In this document: positions 1-10,324 of the stretch, in pieces
Layout of the letters: every line of letters begins with the position of its first letter
Position numbering within the stretch: position 1 is the first letter of the stretch
Source of the DNA: Longimicrobiales bacterium
GTDB taxonomy: Bacteria; Gemmatimonadota; Gemmatimonadetes; Longimicrobiales; Gaopeijiaceae
Assembly: GCA_965249725.1 (NCBI GenBank)
Contig: CBDFMQ010000002.1
Span: 2,368,001-2,432,000, forward strand
Direction of reading: 5' to 3'
Length of the DNA: 64,000 nucleotides
Notes under the pieces: generated by a model
The model's input: only the letters and a program-made list of their open reading frames with translations
What the model was told of the DNA's origin: nothing
The model's database searches: none
Translations under genes and position numbers: made by a program

Positions 1-1304
1 GTGGCGCCCAGAGGCGGACGAAGGTGCAGCACACCCTCGATCTCGCCGCCCGACGGTCCCATGCCCGGCTCCATGAGGGCCACCCTTCCGGTCACCGACA
101 ACGCGTCCATGGTACCGGACAGACCTACATACCCATGGACCCTACCGTCCAACGCCGGAGTGGAAGGCAGGTATCCGGCCAGAAACGCGACCGGAATCCC
201 CGACACGTCGATCGAGACATCCTGTAGCGACGCTTCCCCATCACTGGGCTTGCGGAAGACACCGTCACCCGCCACTTCGCCGCCCTCCAGCCCCAAGCGC
301 GCCGCCGACCAGCGGACCTCGAGCCCTTCGGGCCCCAGATTGACCCCGACTCCCGCGCTGCCCCGTGCATCGGGGAGTGTGGGTTGCAGCCATTGGAGGT
401 CGGCCAGGTCGAGCTGTGGAGCGACGAAGTCCAAGCTCAGCTCGGGTACCGATCCCTCGATCAGGTCGACGGTGGCGAGCCCGCTGGCCTCCGTGCCGGG
501 CAGCGCGAGGCGATCAGCCGTCACCTGGATGCGATCATCGAGCCACTCGACCCGCCCCCCGAACTCCCTTATCCGGACCGGGTCGGAGAACACATGGCCT
601 TCCATGGCGAATCGGTCGACTTCCGCACGCAGGCCCTCGATCTCGGGATCGACGATCGAGAGTCGCTCGAGGTGGGCTTCAATCTCCTGGAAGGCGAGGC
701 TCCTCACGGGTCCAACTCCGTCGGGCCCTTGTGCCGTGACGATGCGCGACTCGGGTCCCGGGGCCGAAGCAAGCGGGTAACGCACGTCGAGGCTGCCGTC
801 GTGGATGGTCACGTCCTCGAGGACGAGCCGACCTCCACCGCTCGGCTGCTCCTCAGCGGCCACCTCGTCGGACGGGGGCGCCTGAGTCTCGTCCTGCCTG
901 CCCGCAAGGAAGGCGGAAACGTTGAAGCGTTCGCCCCGTCCGGGACGCGTGATGCTGAAGGTGGGCCTCCACAGGGTCACGCCGGCCAGCAGTACGTCAC
1001 CCCGAAGGATGTTTCCGATCGAGTACTCCGCCTCGACCGAGTCGGCGACGAGGAGGGGACTCCCGTCGGGAGCGTTGACCTGGACGCCCACGAGCCTCGC
1101 ACCCCGGTGGAGGCCCGCAGAGCGGATTCCGGACACCAGGATCTCCCCGTTCACCACGCCCTCCACCCGCTGCAGTGCTGCCTCCAGAACGAGGGCCTGC
1201 CCCACAGAGGTCCGGGTCAGAATGAAGAAGCTCGATATGGCGCCGGCCCCCAAGGCGAGCAGCACGATCGCACCGAGCCTGAACGGCTTTCTCATGCGTC
1301 CCAT
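1..1304 (-). CDS. tamB: TamB/AsmA-like translocation and assembly module protein, 5' part (runs off window edge)
   Basis: ATG at 1304 directly after the Omp85 gene stop. Manual translation MGRMRKPFRLGAIVLLALGAGAISSFFILTRTSVGQALVLEAALQRVEG shows one N-terminal TM anchor then beta-rich sequence. Missing from the ORF track, consistent with no stop inside the window. Confidence 0.7.
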   Translation of the reverse strand, partial: MGRMRKPFRLGAIVLLALGAGAISSFFILTRTSVGQALVLEAALQRVEGVVNGEILVSGIRSAGLHRGARLVGVQVNAPDGSPLLVADSVEAEYSIGNILRGDVLLAGVTLWRPTFSITRPGRGERFNVSAFLAGRQDETQAPPSDEVAAEEQPSGGGRLVLEDVTIHDGSLDVRYPLASAPGPESRIVTAQGPDGVGPVRSLAFQEIEAHLERLSIVDPEIEGLRAEVDRFAMEGHVFSDPVRIREFGGRVEWLDDRIQVTADRLALPGTEASGLATVDLIEGSVPELSLDFVAPQLDLADLQWLQPTLPDARGSAGVGVNLGPEGLEVRWSAARLGLEGGEVAGDGVFRKPSDGEASLQDVSIDVSGIPVAFLAGYLPSTPALDGRVHGYVGLSGTMDALSVTGRVALMEPGMGPSGGEIEGVLHLRPPLGA

Positions 1305-1305
1305 A

Positions 1306-3564
1306 TCAGAACGCCTGGCCGATGCTCAGATGGAGCTGAAGCCGGCTCAGCGAGAAGCCTTCATCCGGTCCGAACGCAACGGAGGGACCCAACACAGCCA
1401 GCTCGTCCAACAGGACGAAATCGAGGGTCTCGTCAGTGCCGTTCACGGAGCGCTTGATCCGGTCCGCCGGATCGTCGCGGCCGGGGTCGAACGGGCGAAT
1501 CTGAGAGGTAACCACCCTGAGGTCCTCGACGCCGCGGAAGCGGTAGCCCAGATCGACCCGGATGGGGCCGATGGGGCTCAGGTAGCGGATACCGACTCCA
1601 GGGGCCACCTCGAGGCCACTGGCCGCTGCGGACCCTTCCTCAGCCCAGACCCGTCCGAAATCGGCGAAGACGGCTCCCTCCGCCCGCGGGCCGAGGGGGA
1701 TCCTGTACTCGAGGCCCCCCTCCAACAGCACACGGCCTCCCGTGGGACGTGGGGTGCCGAAGCTCCGATCCTCCAGAGGATTGGCGTCACAGGTCAGGTC
1801 CATGACCTGCGACGGCACGCACGGTGGCCCTTGTGTGTCCGACACGTCGGATAGGAGGGGCGCCACGTCCGAGGTGAGCACCCTGGGACCCAGCTGGTTC
1901 TGGGAGAAACCCCGTACGCTGTTCGCACCACCAGAGTAGAAGCGCTTCTGGGGGTGGATGATATCGGTGCCTCCACCCAACAGGGCGAACGTACCGGCTC
2001 CGACCCATCCTCCCTGGACTCGAGCGGCGAGCACCTGGCCCGCACCCAGGCTCAGGTAGCGTGTCAGCCCCCCGAAGACCCTGTTGTATTGAAAGTCCGA
2101 CCCGGTGATGGCCGAGGCGTGCTCCGCATTGAAGCGCACCTGGTAGCCTTCCGTCGGGTTCAGGAGGCTGTTGGAACGGTCCCGCACGAGATTGACGGCC
2201 ACGGGCGCCAGCCAGTTCGGATCCTGGATGCCAGAGATGTCCTCGGGCGTGCAGACCAGGAAGGTGGTGCAGAAAAAGACCTCGGCCGCCTCGAGCTGCG
2301 TGAGCTGCGGCCGATAGGCAAAACTGAGCGACGTATACGGGCCCACGGTTCGCGAGAGGGACAGGTCGATACCGACGGCTTGGCGAACGAAGACGTCCTG
2401 CAGGCTCTGGCGCTCGTGGAACAGACTCACGCCGAGGGCGAAGCGCTGGTTGAAGATCCACGGTTGGCTGAAGTCGGCCGATACCAACCAGTTGACGCCA
2501 CCGAATTCGCCGACGCCCGATTGGTAGCAGATCCCGTCGTGAAGTCCCTCCGTCATGAGGTTGGACAGACGCCCACGCACCTGGAGACGCCGCGCACCCC
2601 CGAAAAAGTTGCGACTGGTCCACCGGCCTTCCGTATTCACGCAGTCCGATGTGCTCCACCCGGCCCCGCCCCGGACGCGATGCACACTGCCTTCCGTCAC
2701 GGTGACCTGGAGAGGCACGACCGTGTCGGGGAGCAACCCGGCGGGATCCACCGCCTCATCGAGCGACGCATGCTGGACCATCTCGATGGAGTAGAGATTC
2801 CGCTGCGCCTCTAGCCGGCGGGCGTGTGAGTACTCCTGCCCTTCGGCAAAGGGTAGCATGCGCCGAACCACGCCGTCGGACAGCTTGATGTTGCCCACGA
2901 GAGTGACCGGCCCGAACACTGCATGGGGGCCCGCGTCTACCTCGAAGGTCACACTGGCTTGGTATGGCGTGGCCGCAGGCACCAACGACGTGCGCATGAC
3001 ATCAGCCCTGGGATATCCGCGGTTTTGCAGCCGCTGGATCAAGCTGTCTCGGGTAGCATCGAGATCGATGGAGCTGAGAAGGTCGCCCTGGCCGATGGGA
3101 AGGTCCGTGGCGAGATCCAGCGCCTCCAGCCCGTCGAGCCCCAGGACCTCGAGCGTGGTGACCCGCACCGGGCGGCCCTCATCGATTTGGAAGAGAATCG
3201 ACGCACGGTCCGACTCCGGCCGGGTGATCACCGTGTCGACCTGAGCTTCCTTGAATCCCCTGCTGCCGTAATAGCTTCGAAGCCTGAGGATGTCGCCCGG
3301 AAGCTCGCGCAGGTTTAGGGGCTGATCGTCGATGCTGAAGCCCGCACCAAACATGCAAAAAGGGGCCAGCACGAACGACCGGCACCGGGTCTCCCGATTG
3401 AAGATCGCCCTGGAGAGGGAGTCCTCGGGAAATGCCACGTTTCCCCGGAAATCGATGCGGCTGAGTTCGACTTGAGGGGCTTGGGCGTGCAACTCACCGA
3501 GCCCCGCGACCGCCGGAAGGGGGCCCATCAGGGCCAACAGCGCGAGAAGGGTGACGGCGCGCAT
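1306..3564 (-). CDS. tamA: BamA/TamA (Omp85) family outer membrane protein
   Basis: Signal peptide, POTRA-like repeats, FYSGGANSVRGF lid motif, GVGIRYLSPIGPIRVDLG, C-terminal HLSIGQAF; followed by TamB-like gene. Confidence 0.85.
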   Translation of the reverse strand: MRAVTLLALLALMGPLPAVAGLGELHAQAPQVELSRIDFRGNVAFPEDSLSRAIFNRETRCRSFVLAPFCMFGAGFSIDDQPLNLRELPGDILRLRSYYGSRGFKEAQVDTVITRPESDRASILFQIDEGRPVRVTTLEVLGLDGLEALDLATDLPIGQGDLLSSIDLDATRDSLIQRLQNRGYPRADVMRTSLVPAATPYQASVTFEVDAGPHAVFGPVTLVGNIKLSDGVVRRMLPFAEGQEYSHARRLEAQRNLYSIEMVQHASLDEAVDPAGLLPDTVVPLQVTVTEGSVHRVRGGAGWSTSDCVNTEGRWTSRNFFGGARRLQVRGRLSNLMTEGLHDGICYQSGVGEFGGVNWLVSADFSQPWIFNQRFALGVSLFHERQSLQDVFVRQAVGIDLSLSRTVGPYTSLSFAYRPQLTQLEAAEVFFCTTFLVCTPEDISGIQDPNWLAPVAVNLVRDRSNSLLNPTEGYQVRFNAEHASAITGSDFQYNRVFGGLTRYLSLGAGQVLAARVQGGWVGAGTFALLGGGTDIIHPQKRFYSGGANSVRGFSQNQLGPRVLTSDVAPLLSDVSDTQGPPCVPSQVMDLTCDANPLEDRSFGTPRPTGGRVLLEGGLEYRIPLGPRAEGAVFADFGRVWAEEGSAAASGLEVAPGVGIRYLSPIGPIRVDLGYRFRGVEDLRVVTSQIRPFDPGRDDPADRIKRSVNGTDETLDFVLLDELAVLGPSVAFGPDEGFSLSRLQLHLSIGQAF

Positions 3565-3572
3565 ATCTGGGG

Positions 3573-3770
3573 CTAGCCGGCCGAGCCCGCCGCTGGAGCC
3601 TCGTCACTTCCGGACCCGGCCAGCCGCTTGGGGGCCTCCCGTTCGAACGTGTCGCGTGCCAAGAAGAAGCGCACCAAGAGGAACAGCGCGCCGCCCACCC
3701 CCAAGGCCACCGCGAGAGCCGTAAGGCTCTCACTCGGCTCGGGATCGCGACGTAGGTAGAACTTGCTCAT
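3573..3770 (-). CDS. small hypothetical membrane protein
   Basis: 65 aa, one TM segment, ATG overlaps upstream TGA, fills the operon gap. Confidence 0.55.
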   Translation of the reverse strand: MSKFYLRRDPEPSESLTALAVALGVGGALFLLVRFFLARDTFEREAPKRLAGSGSDEAPAAGSAG

Positions 3771-4558
3771 ACACTCCTCGCGATGGATATGGCGTCGCGG
3801 GCCACGAATCGATCTTGGTCTTTCTCGAACCAGTGAGGGGTCACCACGATCTCGTCAGCGCCGATCTCGAGCACATTCAGGCTGTTTCTCCCCTTTTCGG
3901 CCATGCGGCCCCGGTTCGACATCGCCGTGCCGCTGTGTATGTGTGCGATCGCCCCGCCACACGATTGTACCACGTAGCCACGATGAAGGTGTCCGCTCAG
4001 GATCAACTCGACCCCCATCTCCCGGAAACGCTCGAGCAGATCAGCACTTCCGGGAAGAATGTGGTCCGACCCACCATCCGGCGGACGAGCCAGCGGATGG
4101 TGAGTAACCAAGATCCGAACGTCCTCCGGTGGGCACTCCTGGAAGATACGTGCCGCAAAGGCGAGTTGCCTCTCCCTGAGCCGACCATTCACGATGGCCC
4201 GGTGAGGTTCGGCGGAGCACACGGAGACGAATACTGCCCCGTCGATCCGCGTCGAACTGTCCAGATCAGCGGTGATGTACGTCCGATAGTTACGCAACGG
4301 GCTGAAGAGCCGTTCGAGCACCCTATAGAGCGGGATGTCGTGGTTCCCCGGTGTCACGATGACGGGAACGTCGGGTAGGGCGTCGATGTACTCGCGCGCC
4401 TGTCGGTACTCACGGACCTTAGCCCGTTGTGTTAAGTCGCCTGCCAAAACGATGACATCCGGCTCGGCACCGCGAACGAGGTCGCGGAATGCGGCCGCTA
4501 CCCGCGGAAGGTGCGGCTTCCCGAAGTGGACGTCCGAGCCCTGAACGATCGTCAGCAT
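3767..4558 (-). CDS. calcineurin-like metallophosphoesterase (CpdA-like)
   Basis: SDVHFG, GDLTQ, PGNHD, HHP and GHLH motifs. Confidence 0.9.
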   Translation of the reverse strand: MLTIVQGSDVHFGKPHLPRVAAAFRDLVRGAEPDVIVLAGDLTQRAKVREYRQAREYIDALPDVPVIVTPGNHDIPLYRVLERLFSPLRNYRTYITADLDSSTRIDGAVFVSVCSAEPHRAIVNGRLRERQLAFAARIFQECPPEDVRILVTHHPLARPPDGGSDHILPGSADLLERFREMGVELILSGHLHRGYVVQSCGGAIAHIHSGTAMSNRGRMAEKGRNSLNVLEIGADEIVVTPHWFEKDQDRFVARDAISIARSV

Positions 4559-4582
4559 CCCGATCTCAGCTCGGCGGGCCGG

Positions 4583-5440
4583 TCAGGCCGGCGCCTCCGC
4601 CGCTTTCCGCCCGGCTGCCACCGCACGACTCACGCCCCAGACGCTGAGGACAATCAGCGACATCGCGATGAGCTGCGCGAGGGTGAATGGACCGAGGAAG
4701 CGATCGTCCTTCACTCGAACGAATTCGACCAGGAACCGCTCGAAGCTGAGCAGGGCCAGGCAGATCCACCAGAGCCATCCCGGCCCGTGTTCGTGCTTCC
4801 GCAGGCGCCAGAGGATCACGAAGATCAAGCTGGCCATGGCGATCTCGTACAACTGCGTAGGGTGGACCGGCACGACCTGACCGAACTGTTCGATGAGAGC
4901 GGGGTCGACCTGGACTCCGAATTGGTTCTGGAGCACGTCGACACGGGTGGGAGGTGTCCCCTGAGGGAAGCGGATTCCCACCCACGAGGCGGTCGGTCGG
5001 CCGTAGTCGTCCCCCACCAGAAAACAGCCCATGCGCCCGACGGCGTATCCGATCGCCAGGGTCGGGGCGATGATGTCGGCCGTCTTACCGAGAGGCAGCC
5101 CCTTCCGCTTGATCTCCCAGACGATGAGGGCCACGGCGCCACCGAAGCCGCCATACCAGACCATCCCTCCTCGGGAGAAGATGGCCCTCACAGGATCGTC
5201 GAAGAGCCGCGGGTAGTTCAGGAACACGTAGTACAGCTTGGCCCCGATAATGCCGCCCAACACGGCCATGAAGAGCAGGTCCCAGGCAACCTCGGGATCC
5301 TGTCCGGACCGCTCCATCTCCGGTCGAAGCAGCACCCCGGCTGTGAGGAAGGAGAGGAACATGAACACGCCGAAGGAGGTGATCGGCTCGCCGCCCATGA
5401 AGGGCAACCATTCGGGAAGGCGGAAGAAGATGGGGTACAC
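4583..5440 (-). CDS. lgt: prolipoprotein diacylglyceryl transferase
   Basis: GGMVWYGG, GRMGCFLVGDDYG, HPTQLYE, RFLVEFVR; multi-TM. Confidence 0.95.
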   Translation of the reverse strand: MYPIFFRLPEWLPFMGGEPITSFGVFMFLSFLTAGVLLRPEMERSGQDPEVAWDLLFMAVLGGIIGAKLYYVFLNYPRLFDDPVRAIFSRGGMVWYGGFGGAVALIVWEIKRKGLPLGKTADIIAPTLAIGYAVGRMGCFLVGDDYGRPTASWVGIRFPQGTPPTRVDVLQNQFGVQVDPALIEQFGQVVPVHPTQLYEIAMASLIFVILWRLRKHEHGPGWLWWICLALLSFERFLVEFVRVKDDRFLGPFTLAQLIAMSLIVLSVWGVSRAVAAGRKAAEAPA

Positions 5441-5453
5441 GCTCAGTGTCCTC

Positions 5454-6506
5454 TCATGCCGAGGCCCGCACCAACCCGGGGAACGGGAGGTTCGGATCCG
5501 CGGACGTATTCAAAGGCGCGAGGTCTCCGCGCTCTAATCGGTAAGCTCCGGCGCGGGCCACCATGGCCCCATTATCGAGCGACAGCCGCGGCGAGGCGTG
5601 AAACAAGACACCCCCGGAATCGAGGCGACGTCCAAACTCGTCTCGCAATCGAGTGTTGGCCGACACCCCACCCCCCAGAAGCACCCGCGTGCAGCCGGTC
5701 TCCTCCACAGCTCGAAGGGTCTTGGTCGCCAGCACGTCTACGACCGCAGCCTGGAAGGAAGCCGCAACATGCTTCCTCTCGTCGTCCAGGGTGCCCAGGC
5801 TCTCCAACTCCGAAACGAGCGTGGCCACCGCGGTCTTGAGTCCGCTGAAGGAGAAGTCGTAGAAGTCGGCATCGTCAGGCTGCTGGTTCGAGCGCAGCAT
5901 CGGTCGGGGGAAGCGGTACCGGGCCTCGTCTCCTTCGGAGGCGAGTGCTTGCACGGCCGGACCACCCGGATAGGGCAGCCCCAGCAGCTTCGCTACCTTG
6001 TCGAAGGCCTCGCCCGCCGCATCGTCGCGTGTCTCTCCGAGGAGGTGATACTCACCCCACTCGGGCGCATAGAGGAGAATCGTGTGCCCTCCCGAAACCA
6101 GCAGCGCCACGAACGGCGGCTGCGCGTCCGGGTCTTCGAGTGACGGAGCGAAGAGGTGCGCCTCCATGTGGTGCACGGGGATCATGGGCTTGCCGAGTCC
6201 GAACGCCACCGCCTTCGCCCAAGACACGCCGACCAGCAGCGCTCCGACGAGACCGGGCCCCGCCGTCACCGCCACGGCATCCAGATCGCTGAATGCGCAC
6301 CCCGCCTCTCGCAGCGTCTCCTCTACCACGTCGTCGATCCGCTGGAGGTGGGCTCTAGCGGCGATCTCGGGGACGACTCCCCCGTAGAGGGCGTGTTCGT
6401 CTTGAGACAGGATCACGTGACCCCGAACCGTGGTGGGCGCCTCGAGGAGCGCCGCCGCCGTCTCGTCGCAGCTCGTCTCGAGACCCAGAATGAGCGGCCC
6501 GCTCAT
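5454..6506 (-). CDS. tsaD: tRNA N6-threonylcarbamoyladenosine transferase TsaD
   Basis: LGLETSCDET, GGVVPEIAARAH, HHMEAH, SGGHT, DDAAGEAFDK, DNGAM. Confidence 0.97.
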   Translation of the reverse strand: MSGPLILGLETSCDETAAALLEAPTTVRGHVILSQDEHALYGGVVPEIAARAHLQRIDDVVEETLREAGCAFSDLDAVAVTAGPGLVGALLVGVSWAKAVAFGLGKPMIPVHHMEAHLFAPSLEDPDAQPPFVALLVSGGHTILLYAPEWGEYHLLGETRDDAAGEAFDKVAKLLGLPYPGGPAVQALASEGDEARYRFPRPMLRSNQQPDDADFYDFSFSGLKTAVATLVSELESLGTLDDERKHVAASFQAAVVDVLATKTLRAVEETGCTRVLLGGGVSANTRLRDEFGRRLDSGGVLFHASPRLSLDNGAMVARAGAYRLERGDLAPLNTSADPNLPFPGLVRASA

Positions 6507-7474
6507 GGCTCCGTCTGGCGGCGGACGACCACGGTGTCAACCGCCGGTGCAGCGGTCATGTAGGTCGGGAGACCTTCTACAACGATCGGGACCCTGCGCT
6601 CTTCGGCCACGCCCAAACCAAGCAGTTCGCCGGACGGCACCACCACCCGCAGACGGCTCGGATCGAGATTCGTGACCTGGGTCCGGGCGCCCCGGAGCGT
6701 GAGCTGCACGGTGGCGGGGAGAATCTCCAGGGTCCCGCCCGCCTCCTCCAACTCGACCCCGACGTCGGCCCATACGGGCACGGAAGCGAGCACCCTGTCG
6801 ATGGACTCCTCGACGGGAATCCTCAGAGTGATCTCTAAAGGGACCACAGAGATGCGGGCCAACCCCGTGGTGTCCACCGTTGTCAGCACGGCTCCACGTT
6901 CGTCGACCTCGCCCAAATCCACCGGAACGATGTCCAGCGAGTCCAGTTGCTGTATCAGGCTGGCCGGCCCACTGACCCGCACCGCAGAAGGCGTGACCGA
7001 TACGGATCGGGTCAACGCCAGGTGCTCGGGAAGGCTCCCCCGCGTGGTGATACGGACTGGGACCGAGGCCGTCGCCACATGGTCGAGGTGGACGTGTACC
7101 GTGCTGGGGAGAATGTCTTCGACGATCACGCCGCGGTAGCCGTCCACCGGAATCCACGCGTCCTGCAACGCGATGACCATCTCCTCACCGGCGACCTCCG
7201 TGAGGGGCACGGTGACGGAGACCCCGTCGATGGCCGTCAGGCGGAATACCTCGGTCGGCGGACCGCTGAATCGCACCTCCACGGTGGCCGGCACGGGATC
7301 GTCCATGAGGATCCACTCGGGATCATTCAGACTCACGGTGACGGGAATGGAGACCGCCCGCTGGTCCGGCGCTCCAACTCGGACCAAAGCCCACAGAAAC
7401 ACGGCCATGAAGAAGGCCGCGAGCTTGAGCCGCCAATCACTGGCGAGCGATCCTCCGAGGGAGCGGGGTTTCAC
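6503..7474 (-). CDS. YbbR/CdaR-like domain protein
   Basis: N-terminal WRLKLAAFFMAVFLW anchor, then about three beta-rich repeats (P.TVEVRFSGP, PSAVRVSGP, PATVQLTLRG). Confidence 0.8.
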   Translation of the reverse strand: MKPRSLGGSLASDWRLKLAAFFMAVFLWALVRVGAPDQRAVSIPVTVSLNDPEWILMDDPVPATVEVRFSGPPTEVFRLTAIDGVSVTVPLTEVAGEEMVIALQDAWIPVDGYRGVIVEDILPSTVHVHLDHVATASVPVRITTRGSLPEHLALTRSVSVTPSAVRVSGPASLIQQLDSLDIVPVDLGEVDERGAVLTTVDTTGLARISVVPLEITLRIPVEESIDRVLASVPVWADVGVELEEAGGTLEILPATVQLTLRGARTQVTNLDPSRLRVVVPSGELLGLGVAEERRVPIVVEGLPTYMTAAPAVDTVVVRRQTEP

Positions 7475-7502
7475 GATCTATCCGGTGCCAGAATCGGTAA
7501 GC

Positions 7503-8084
7503 TCACTCCGCCGCCGCCAAGAGCCGCTCGATCAGCTCCTGGTGATCAGGCGCATCCCACTCCGTCCCCCCGGCCACCTTCTTGTAGATGATCCCGTCCC
7601 TTCCGACGAGAAAGGTCTCGGGTACACCCGTGGTCTGATACAGCTGCTGGATGTCACCAGAAGGGTTGTGGAGCAAGGGGAAGGTCAGCCCGAGTGAATC
7701 CGCGAACTCCTGGATGTCGCCTCCCGGCCGGCCGAAGAAATCGAAAGTCCCGGCCTCGGCATCGATACTCACCGCAAGAATCTCCAGACCGTCGGCCGAC
7801 AACTCCTTGTACAGGCGTTCCATGGAGGGCATCTCGTACCGACAGGGACCGCACCAGGTCGCCCAAATACTCACCATTACGACGTGGCCGAGATGGTCGC
7901 TCAGGCGCACGACGTTCCCGTCGAGATCGGGTACCGCGAACTCGGGTGCGGGGGTGCCGGGAATGACCGGCTGGAGGCGATCTCGATTGAGCCACGCCAT
8001 GAGCACCACGAGAGCCACGCCCAACAGGGCGAAGGCATAGGGGAGGCGGGAGTATCTCGGCTTTGGAGTGTGTTCCGAGGTCAT
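7503..8084 (-). CDS. TlpA/ResA family thiol-disulfide oxidoreductase
   Basis: TM anchor, WATWCGPC, EMPS, GVPETF. Confidence 0.92.
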   Translation of the reverse strand: MTSEHTPKPRYSRLPYAFALLGVALVVLMAWLNRDRLQPVIPGTPAPEFAVPDLDGNVVRLSDHLGHVVMVSIWATWCGPCRYEMPSMERLYKELSADGLEILAVSIDAEAGTFDFFGRPGGDIQEFADSLGLTFPLLHNPSGDIQQLYQTTGVPETFLVGRDGIIYKKVAGGTEWDAPDHQELIERLLAAAE

Positions 8085-8131
8085 CGTATTTCTGGCGCGA
8101 GTCGAGTCAACTGCTGTGGCAGTGAATCTAA

Positions 8132-8968
8132 TTAGTTCCTGCGGTTTCTGCGCGTATTAGAACGTCTCCCAACGACGAGACGGACCGGGCTCCCCGGGGC
8201 GAGCAGGCTATCCGGCTGCGGGTCCTGCTCGACGACGCGTCCTTGGTCACGACCAAAGCGGAATCGCATGAGTATCTCCGACACCACGAACCCCAGCGAG
8301 TCCAGCATCGCTTCGGCAGAGGCCTGCTCGATTCCAAGCAGTAGTGGCATGGCCACCAGCGGAGGACCTGTGCTCACGGCGATACGGACCTCCATCGGAA
8401 GATCCACCTCTGTTCCGGGCTCCGGGAGGACCTCTACGACCTGACCCGCAGGCAGCTCGGCCTCGAGACGGTCGACCGCCACCAGGAACCCGCTCGCCTC
8501 CAGCACGTCGCGGGCCCTTTCCTCCCTGAGGCGAACGACATCGGGCACAGGCCGCCGCACCGGACCCAGACTCACCGTGACGTCTATCGTGTCACCGCTC
8601 ACGGAGAGCTGACCGGCCAGAGGGCTCTGGCCCAACACTTCGCCCCGGAGGGCCAACGGGTGGCTGAACGAGTCGGTGACCGCCATCTGAAGGCCCATGG
8701 AACGCACCGTCTCGAGCGCGGCGGATTGATCCACTCCGCGGACGTCGGGGACCTCGAACAGGTCCCGGGGCCGCGGAGGGACGGGAAAGAGTACCCGAGT
8801 GGAAAGCAGATAGCCCAGTCCGAATCCGACCAGCAGAGTGAACGCCACAACGCCCCATGCGCCGCGTGATGGCCTGTAGCTCCGCACAGTCCCCCACCAC
8901 TTGCTTAAGGATTCCAGGCGGGGCTTTCCGCCACCGCGTCGTCGTCGAATCGAACTGCCTAGTCTCAT
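8132..8968 (-). CDS. PASTA-domain protein (TM plus three PASTA, no kinase domain)
   Basis: Repeats VPDVRG...VSLGP, VPDVVRL...VSTGP, MPLLLG...VEQDP. Confidence 0.85.
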   Translation of the reverse strand: MRLGSSIRRRRGGGKPRLESLSKWWGTVRSYRPSRGAWGVVAFTLLVGFGLGYLLSTRVLFPVPPRPRDLFEVPDVRGVDQSAALETVRSMGLQMAVTDSFSHPLALRGEVLGQSPLAGQLSVSGDTIDVTVSLGPVRRPVPDVVRLREERARDVLEASGFLVAVDRLEAELPAGQVVEVLPEPGTEVDLPMEVRIAVSTGPPLVAMPLLLGIEQASAEAMLDSLGFVVSEILMRFRFGRDQGRVVEQDPQPDSLLAPGSPVRLVVGRRSNTRRNRRN

Positions 8969-8984
8969 CCCTGCTGTTCTCGCC

Positions 8985-10301
8985 TCATCGCTTTCTCAGT
9001 CGGGCCGCAAATGCCCCGTCGAACCCACACTCCTGGGGCAGCACACTGAGGTGGCCCCGTCCACTCAGATACCTCTCGTCGACGCCAGAGCCAGGCTCCG
9101 CATGGAACTCCGGATGCCGGTCCAGAAACACGGCAACCCGGTCCTCGTTCTCTTCCGGCTCCAGGCTGCAAGTGGAGTACACCAGCAGTCCTCCGCTGGG
9201 TACTACGCCCGAGCAGGCCTTCAGGATGCGGTCCTGAATGTCCACCAACTCGTCGAGACGCTCCGCCGTGAGCTTCCAGCGCGCATCCGGATTCCTCCGG
9301 AGCGTGCCCGTACCTGTGCATGGCACATCCAGCAGCAGCATGTCGACACTCTCCACAATGGGGGCAAGGGCGTCGGCCTGCACCACCGCCACCCTCATGT
9401 CCGATCCCGCCGGCACTTTGGGCGCGAGCCGGGCCACATTACCCCGAACCAACCGCAGGCGCTCCAGCGAACGATCGGCCGCCAGCACCGAGTTACCGCG
9501 TGCCGCCAGCGCCATGGTCTTTCCACCGGGGGCCGCGCATAGGTCGGCCACCCGATCGCCCGGGCCGGGATCGGCGTACGGAACGACCAAGGCCGCAGCC
9601 GGATCCTGCACCACCGACGGAACCACCGACATTGCCTCGATAGGAGAAGCACCCGCGCTCAGCACTACACATCCCGTGCCAAGACCCACAGGTCGAGCGT
9701 CTATGCCGGCTTTGACCAAGGCCTTCGCGGCCTCTTCCGGAGTGTCCCGGAAGCATCGGAGGTAGATGGGGGGCACCTCATTGTTCGCTTCGACCAGCTT
9801 CCGAACGTCTGACACGGGCCAACGTTGGAGCCAGCGGTCCACGAGCCACCTGGGATGTGATCCCCACGTGGACAAGTACCCGGCCGGATCTGCGTCGAAG
9901 TCCGGAAAGTGCTCTTCGCCCGGTCCCTCGCGGACGGTCGCCCGCATGATGGCGTTGGCGAAGCCGGCAGCTCGGTCGCCTCCTACGGTGCGCGCCAGAT
10001 CTACCGTCTGAGAGGACGCCGCATACTCCGGAATGCCGGCCATGTAGAGAATCTGATACAGACCCAGCCGGAGAACGTCCAGCATCTCGGGGTCCACGGA
10101 GTCCAAGCCCCTACGAACCCTTCGGTTCAACACGTAGTCGAGTCGACCGCGAAGCCGCTGAGCCCCGTAGGCCAACTCGCGGCACCAGGCTCGCTCGCGT
10201 GGGTCGAGGTCGCGCGCCGCGTCGGAGAACGCCCGGTCGAGACGTTGACCGCGTTCAACCGCACCGAACACTGCAAGCGCAGCCCGCCTTCCGGGTGTCA
10301 C
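8985..10301 (-). CDS. rsmB: 16S rRNA m5C967 methyltransferase RsmB/Sun
   Basis: NusB-like N-terminus, SHPRWLV, QDPAA, DLCAAPGGKT, DVPCTGTG, YSTCS. Start set at GTG 10301 after GGAG; the longer ORF overlaps thiG. Confidence 0.93.
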   Translation of the reverse strand: MTPGRRAALAVFGAVERGQRLDRAFSDAARDLDPRERAWCRELAYGAQRLRGRLDYVLNRRVRRGLDSVDPEMLDVLRLGLYQILYMAGIPEYAASSQTVDLARTVGGDRAAGFANAIMRATVREGPGEEHFPDFDADPAGYLSTWGSHPRWLVDRWLQRWPVSDVRKLVEANNEVPPIYLRCFRDTPEEAAKALVKAGIDARPVGLGTGCVVLSAGASPIEAMSVVPSVVQDPAAALVVPYADPGPGDRVADLCAAPGGKTMALAARGNSVLAADRSLERLRLVRGNVARLAPKVPAGSDMRVAVVQADALAPIVESVDMLLLDVPCTGTGTLRRNPDARWKLTAERLDELVDIQDRILKACSGVVPSGGLLVYSTCSLEPEENEDRVAVFLDRHPEFHAEPGSGVDERYLSGRGHLSVLPQECGFDGAFAARLRKR

Positions 10302-10324
10302 CTCCGCTCCAGAGCCGGGAGACG

